This document shows positions 59,123 through 64,000 of a stretch of 64,000 nucleotides of DNA, in pieces. The stretch comes from Bacteroidetes bacterium UBA1312. Lineage in GTDB: Bacteria; Bacteroidota; Bacteroidia; Chitinophagales; Chitinophagaceae. How positions within the stretch are numbered: the stretch's first letter is position 1; every line of letters starts with the position of its first letter. The notes under the pieces are model-generated. The model ran no database searches, was not told where the DNA came from, and saw nothing but the letters and a program-made list of their open reading frames with translations. The stretch is taken from NCBI GenBank assembly GCA_002307135.1, contig DBTQ01000001.1, forward strand, positions 40,769 through 104,768. The letters are read 5' to 3'. The translations under genes and the position numbers were made by a program.

Positions 59123-60045
59123 TGAAGATATTTTACGACATTCATGAACTTCCATCATTAGATAAGTCTGTTATTACAATTGGCACATTCGATGGCGTGC
59201 ACGAAGGTCATAAAACGATATTAAGTTCTGTAGTTGCACATGCCAAAAGCATTGGCGGGCTAAGTGTGTTGATTACTTTTGAACCGCATCCGCGTAAATT
59301 ATTATTCCCTAATCAACCTTTAAAATTACTCAGTACACTCCAAGAGCGATTAGCACTAATAGCATCTGCTGATATCGATGTTATAATTGTCGTACCTTTT
59401 ACTAAATCTTTTTCAGAACTTTCTGCACAAGATTATATTGAAAATTTCTTAGTCAAAATATTTCATCCACATAGTATTATCATTGGATACGACCATCATT
59501 TTGGCAATGACCGTAGTGGTGATATTAGCATGCTTCAACAGTTTTCTGCTCGATATAATTATGATGTGAAGGAGATCTCTGCGCAACTTATTTCGGCTGC
59601 CGCCGTAAGCTCCACTCAAATACGTAACGCGCTTAATGAGGGGCGTGTTGGAGATGCAAAAGCGATGCTGGGTAATGCATACAAATTAAGTGGTAGGGTA
59701 GTAAAAGGAGCACAACGTGGACGAACTATTGGCTATCCAACAGCGAATCTTGAAATCAATTCGTCAGACAAACTTATTCCTGCAGAAGGAGTATATGCGG
59801 TATATGTGGAGTACGCACAACAGCAATACCGCGGCATGATGAATATTGGCCGGAATCCTACGGTAACAGAGGACAAAGCGCTCAAAATGGAAGTTCATAT
59901 CTTCGATTTCGACATGACAATTTATGGCGAGGAGCTAAACATTTTATTTATCCAACGTCTTCGTGACGAAATAAAATTCTCGTCATTAGATGCCCTTGTA
60001 GCACAGCTTCATCAAGACAAGCTTGATGCAATTGAAGCCTTTTAA
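59122..60045 (+). CDS. ribF: Bifunctional riboflavin kinase / FMN adenylyltransferase
   Basis: ITIGTFDGVHEGH (HxGH nucleotidyltransferase motif) at the N-terminus and a C-terminal riboflavin kinase domain (GRTIGYPTANL, PTVT...E). The ATG overlaps the mgtE stop (TAATG). Confidence 0.9.
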   Translation: MKIFYDIHELPSLDKSVITIGTFDGVHEGHKTILSSVVAHAKSIGGLSVLITFEPHPRKLLFPNQPLKLLSTLQERLALIASADIDVIIVVPFTKSFSELSAQDYIENFLVKIFHPHSIIIGYDHHFGNDRSGDISMLQQFSARYNYDVKEISAQLISAAAVSSTQIRNALNEGRVGDAKAMLGNAYKLSGRVVKGAQRGRTIGYPTANLEINSSDKLIPAEGVYAVYVEYAQQQYRGMMNIGRNPTVTEDKALKMEVHIFDFDMTIYGEELNILFIQRLRDEIKFSSLDALVAQLHQDKLDAIEAF

Positions 60046-60092
60046 TATTTATAAATAAAATTGCGCAACAGGTAAGGTTATATATTTTTACT

Positions 60093-60133
60093 AAATCGAA
60101 ATGCCTCTTTATAATTAGGAGGCATTTCGATTT
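60093..60133. terminator. Bidirectional terminator between convergent ribF and the YHYH gene
   Basis: AAATCGAAATGCCTC - 11-nt loop - GAGGCATTTCGATTT, a perfect 15-bp stem. Confidence 0.65.
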
Positions 60134-60157
60134 AATGCAAGACTCAATATTTTGGAC

Positions 60158-61516
60158 TTATTTTATAATTGCAATTGTTCGTACTAATTGTTCATTACCT
60201 TTTATAATTCTTATTAAATAATTCCCACCGTATAGCGTTCGGGTGTCAAAATAGGCTATAGTACTGCCTTGATTCAAATTTGTTTGTTGGATTACTTTCC
60301 CGTTGATATCGAGTAGTTCAATGTTAATTTGTTCGTTGGTCATATCATTGAACTGGATCGCAACTAAATCACTACCTGGATTTGGAAAAATATTAATACC
60401 CAATTGTGCCAAAGCAATATTGCTAATACCTGTGGTGGCAGTGTATGTATTTACGGTTTCTGTTATAGCTGTTACTTTCGACGCAGTTACATTGCCATAA
60501 AAAGTAGGACCTACAACGTATGGATATGCAGAATTCCATTTGGTATCAACAGTACAGAAATAGGCATAAGTGCCACTTGGATATTCCGGTGTAACACAAA
60601 ATCTTCCGTTGTGGTCATCCAAATAATCTGAGGCCGTTGGAGCAGTATATTGGTAATCTTCTCTGAAATAACCAAGCGGATAGGCAGTACTTACTACAGG
60701 ACCTGCGGTAACGGAAGATCCGTCGGCATACGTAGTACGTGTAGTAATGCTGCGCAGGCTATAGCTCGATTTCATACGTACAATGCCTCCCGTTCCATCG
60801 GCATTTTTATAGCCATAAGCACCATATATAGGGAAGCCATCGTATGCAAACCCAATAAGAGGTGCATGTTTGGTACTATCAATAACATACAACCCATCTG
60901 CATCATATAAGTTACAAATAGTAGAAATTACATTGAGGTCGAGTTTAAATGCACTCGGGTTTTGATGGTGGTGATAATTGCCCATAGCTGGGTGTCCTTT
61001 AGCACAATCGAAGCCTGCTCGTTCTGCAACCACAGCATCTCTGTTCCAAACCATATCTCCAGCACCTCCTATTGGTCCACCAGCCAATGAACTGGTCGAA
61101 TTTTTCCATGAAACGCCATCGCGATAGTCAAAAAGCGCTACTCCATTGATAAACACACCGATATTACCAAGTGTAGTTGCTGTGGGAGTACCCGTATTTT
61201 TTGCTGGGGTTAATGGGAATTTGAAAATAGCATTCTGATTGGTAGTAATGGATGGATTACCATCTAAGAATGGACCTGTAATATAGGCCGGAACACCTTT
61301 TGTTCTGATATAAGACCAACTTGTTGAATATAATACGGTCTGTACATTAGCAGAGTCTGCATCGTTAATTGGCGTATAGTTACCACTAACATAATGCCTG
61401 CCTTTAATACCAGTAGTGTTTTGCAGCCAAGATGTTATGACGGGGTTTGTTTGCGCATGAGCGCCAAGACTGCTCAAAAGTAGAAATGATAAAATTATTT
61501 TATTGTTCCGAGTCAT
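60158..61516 (-). CDS. YHYH-domain protein with T9SS C-terminal sorting domain (type A)
   Basis: Signal peptide and the PF14240-like YHYH motif (GHPAMGNYHHHQNP). C-terminal NIFPNPGSDLVAIQF...LLDINGKVIQQ...YLIRIIKGNEQLVRTIAIIK is a Por_Secre_tail. Confidence 0.7.
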   Translation of the reverse strand: MTRNNKIILSFLLLSSLGAHAQTNPVITSWLQNTTGIKGRHYVSGNYTPINDADSANVQTVLYSTSWSYIRTKGVPAYITGPFLDGNPSITTNQNAIFKFPLTPAKNTGTPTATTLGNIGVFINGVALFDYRDGVSWKNSTSSLAGGPIGGAGDMVWNRDAVVAERAGFDCAKGHPAMGNYHHHQNPSAFKLDLNVISTICNLYDADGLYVIDSTKHAPLIGFAYDGFPIYGAYGYKNADGTGGIVRMKSSYSLRSITTRTTYADGSSVTAGPVVSTAYPLGYFREDYQYTAPTASDYLDDHNGRFCVTPEYPSGTYAYFCTVDTKWNSAYPYVVGPTFYGNVTASKVTAITETVNTYTATTGISNIALAQLGINIFPNPGSDLVAIQFNDMTNEQINIELLDINGKVIQQTNLNQGSTIAYFDTRTLYGGNYLIRIIKGNEQLVRTIAIIK

Positions 61517-61579
61517 AAAAAATACTATTTTGAATCTTAGACGCCAAGTTGATTTTATTCCTTCGTTTGGTATTGAAAA

Positions 61580-62602
61580 TTATTTTTGGGGGTATGCGAA
61601 AATTGGATTGTAGAGAAATGACTTGTCCGTAAGTGTAAGTAAAAAAGCTACCAAATCAACTTTTTGGTCGGATGAAAGTATGATTGGTTGTTGTAATTGT
61701 CTGGATAAAGTACTGCTTTGTTGAATATCCGAAGTGTAATGTTTTAGCACGTCAGATAATTTTTTAAATCGTCCGTCGTGCATATATGGAAATGAATATT
61801 CAATATTACGGAGGGTTGGTATCTTAAAACAAAGGGAGTCTTGGGCGTTTTGTGTGATTTTCATTCTGCCAATATCTTTTAAGAACGTATCCATAGCTAA
61901 GCCATTATTAGCAAATTGTTGATTGGTAAACAATGGTTCAGTATGACAGCTTGCACAGCTTTTTCTGAAAATAAGGAGTCCGTTTTCTTCTTGTGTTGAG
62001 AAGTGGACTCCCGGCTCTTTGCGCATTACCTGATCGTATTTAGAATTGGCACTGATTAACGTTAACTCAAACTGTGCAATCGCTTTCAATATACGAGCGC
62101 CATTAATGACAGTATCACCAAAGGCGGCTTTGAAGAGGTTGGGATAGCTAGCAGAATGCTGTAATTGTGCAACGATATTTTCGATATCATTGCCCATTTC
62201 TGCCGGATGGCTTATTGGAGCTAAGGCTTGCATATCTAAATGATTGACGGCACCATCCCACATAAATGATTTACTCCATGCTAAATTCATCAATGCAGGG
62301 GCATTCCTTGTGCCAATTTTGCCATTGATACCATGACTCAAATCGTGGTCAACATGTGTAAAAGCAGTGTAAGATAAATGACAGCTGCTACAAGATATAG
62401 TACTGTCCCTTGATAATATGGGGTCATAGAAAATTTTGCGCCCCAAAGCAACAGTCTCTTTATTTAAAGGATTTTTTGTGAAATCATAATTTGGTTTTCC
62501 CCAACCTAGAGGTATTACAATTAAACTATCAATGGAGCTGAATCCGTAGATAGTTATTGATATAACTATGAGCATGGCGATTTTTATTCTTTTATTACTC
62601 AT
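61580..62602 (-). CDS. Di-heme cytochrome c peroxidase (CCP/MauG/MbnH family)
   Basis: Two CxxCH heme-binding motifs (CSSCH, CASCH). A PTLRN motif (compare PSLRN in CCPs). A conserved Trp between the hemes and a Met/Tyr-containing C-terminal heme ligand region (FPYMHDGRF). Confidence 0.85.
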   Translation of the reverse strand: MSNKRIKIAMLIVISITIYGFSSIDSLIVIPLGWGKPNYDFTKNPLNKETVALGRKIFYDPILSRDSTISCSSCHLSYTAFTHVDHDLSHGINGKIGTRNAPALMNLAWSKSFMWDGAVNHLDMQALAPISHPAEMGNDIENIVAQLQHSASYPNLFKAAFGDTVINGARILKAIAQFELTLISANSKYDQVMRKEPGVHFSTQEENGLLIFRKSCASCHTEPLFTNQQFANNGLAMDTFLKDIGRMKITQNAQDSLCFKIPTLRNIEYSFPYMHDGRFKKLSDVLKHYTSDIQQSSTLSRQLQQPIILSSDQKVDLVAFLLTLTDKSFLYNPIFAYPQK

Positions 62603-63288
62603 AGTTTGATACGAAAAATACCGGCGATTTTTTTTGAAAATTCAACTGCTGCTCTGCCAGGTTGCATGATACTATTTTGGTGCTCCAAATCAATTTGAGC
62701 AACCATTTGGTCAAGTTGTATTGCTATATTGATATTGGTTGTATGGTGCACCGGTAAATCCACTTGTTGCAATGTGTTGAATGGTATGCTAAATCCACCA
62801 ATATGATACTGGAATCTTTTATTGTGTGTCGTACATAATGGGCTACTTCCCTCTAATTTAAAATTTATATAACCACTGTTCCAGGCCCAGTACATGCCTT
62901 TAGTTGGGTCTAAGTCTCCTCCCATTGCACCCGATACATTTGTAGTACTATCTATACCAATATTAAAATGTATTTGGTCGAAAATCAATGTTGCCGGCAT
63001 ATTCAGTTTTATAGAATAGCTACTTGTATCATTAGCATCAATTAAGTGATAACTATTGGGTTCTTGCCAAACAACTACATTGTTTTTTTTAAAAGCTATA
63101 TTTGAAATGTAACACCTGAATTTTGAAATTTCTAGAACAGAAGTATTATTCGTAATAATGTTGGTGTCTAATTTTAGTTTTTGTGTTATCCAGTATGGTT
63201 GAAATCGAACAGTAGTCGCCTGCATTTTTTGAGCTTTCAAAAATGTACAGCAACAAAGTAAATAGATTAAAGATACGTAGCGTTTCAC
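62599..63288 (-). CDS. Candidate MbnP-family (copper-binding, MbnH partner) periplasmic protein
   Basis: A secreted ~229-aa protein immediately upstream of the di-heme CCP, overlapping it by 4 nt, on the same strand. This size and context match MbnP-MbnH pairs. The sequence has conserved-looking Trp (MYWAWNSGY) and His residues. No direct motif confirmation is possible here. Confidence 0.4.
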   Translation of the reverse strand: MKRYVSLIYLLCCCTFLKAQKMQATTVRFQPYWITQKLKLDTNIITNNTSVLEISKFRCYISNIAFKKNNVVVWQEPNSYHLIDANDTSSYSIKLNMPATLIFDQIHFNIGIDSTTNVSGAMGGDLDPTKGMYWAWNSGYINFKLEGSSPLCTTHNKRFQYHIGGFSIPFNTLQQVDLPVHHTTNINIAIQLDQMVAQIDLEHQNSIMQPGRAAVEFSKKIAGIFRIKL

Positions 63289-63375
63289 CGGCGTTGGTTC
63301 ACTGTTTGAATGTGTGTTGAACTGTTTTCTATTTGACGATCAAGATAGATAATTCCTTCGGTTTTTCACATGCGT

Positions 63376-64000
63376 TTATAATATTGCTTTCAAACTCATT
63401 CTTCCTGTATTTATAACTTTGTCTGATCCTGATTTCCGACCTTCATATTCTATCGACATTTCTATCCCTTTACTTACACGTCTTTGCCAATTGAGGTACC
63501 AAAGGAAATTATTACCAGTTTTTAATCCATCGAGCATAACATAACTTACAGGTGCAGTGATAAGTCCATTGTATTCTATATTGCTATAAGTAAAACGTAG
63601 CTGTATTATACCTGTCGATGTTTTACTGTATCGTGCGTCAATGTTTGCCGAAGATATTTTTGCATCTTCACCACCATATTTTGCGGCATTGTTCCGCTGT
63701 TCATACTTTAGGGAGGTCGTAAGACGGAGCACGGACCTACTCATCCATATTAGAGCTGGTTCTCCTGACCAAAATTTTTGGTAATAGGAACTGCCGTCGG
63801 CAATACCTGATTGGTTTCCCCGTTCGCCATATTTTCCACTTAGTGTAAATGTGATTGATTTGGATAATGCGGTGCGTAATTTTACCAAATTCTGCGACGT
63901 GCTCGTGCTGGTAACACCATAAGTAAGTAGTTGCTTACTTACATTTTTAAGAAAGTTATAATCCAATCCCCAATGTGAGCTGCTGCGGTTGAAATAAAAC
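63376..64000 (-). CDS. Outer-membrane beta-barrel protein, 3' portion (possibly a TonB-dependent receptor or porin-like); the gene runs past the window edge
   Basis: The reading frame is open from 63376 to the window end. The TTG at 63966 is only the track's first start. The sequence is rich in amphipathic beta-strands with Tyr/Gly/Ser/Asn. It lies upstream of the MbnP/CCP pair, where an MbnT-like TBDT would be expected, but its C-terminus (..SLKAIL) lacks the usual terminal aromatic residue. Confidence 0.35.
   Translation of the reverse strand, partial: FYFNRSSSHWGLDYNFLKNVSKQLLTYGVTSTSTSQNLVKLRTALSKSITFTLSGKYGERGNQSGIADGSSYYQKFWSGEPALIWMSRSVLRLTTSLKYEQRNNAAKYGGEDAKISSANIDARYSKTSTGIIQLRFTYSNIEYNGLITAPVSYVMLDGLKTGNNFLWYLNWQRRVSKGIEMSIEYEGRKSGSDKVINTGRMSLKAIL

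Overview
This 64 kb window is chromosomal DNA from a low-GC member of Bacteroidota. That assignment rests on TAnnTTTG-like -7 promoter boxes, several proteins with T9SS C-terminal sorting domains of both type A and type B, a 'putative porin' family protein and a HemH/HemJ pair. The first ~16.7 kb is a densely packed surface-polysaccharide (O-antigen/EPS/capsule-type) decoration locus. It holds a GT11 alpha-1,2-fucosyltransferase, an acyltransferase-3 gene plus a decayed second copy, at least five GT2/GT4 glycosyltransferases, two DxD-containing proteins of unknown family, two class I SAM methyltransferases, a UXS-like SDR, an AsnB-type amidotransferase and a polytopic membrane protein fused head-to-tail with a DPM1/GtrB-like GT2. 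No Wzx, Wzy, Wza, Wzc or initiating phosphotransferase lies inside the window. The rest is mostly housekeeping: smc, gcvH, uvrC, clpC, a SurA-like PPIase, flotillin, hemH, hemJ, phoH, purE, fsa, tonB, tsaB, ridA, eno, ftsB-like, mgtE and ribF. Three things in that stretch stand out. Two large adjacent T9SS cargo proteins carry different CTD types. An FAD-dependent oxidoreductase is interrupted by a single in-frame TGA. At the 3' end a probable copper-related module runs YHYH-T9SS protein, then di-heme cytochrome c peroxidase (MbnH-like), then an MbnP-like protein, then an outer-membrane barrel that runs off the window. No rRNA, tRNA, CRISPR array or obvious mobile element was found. Several perfect palindromic rho-independent terminators sit between convergent genes. 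All functional calls come from motif-level reading of the translated ORFs. No database search was run, and ORF coordinates include the stop codon.
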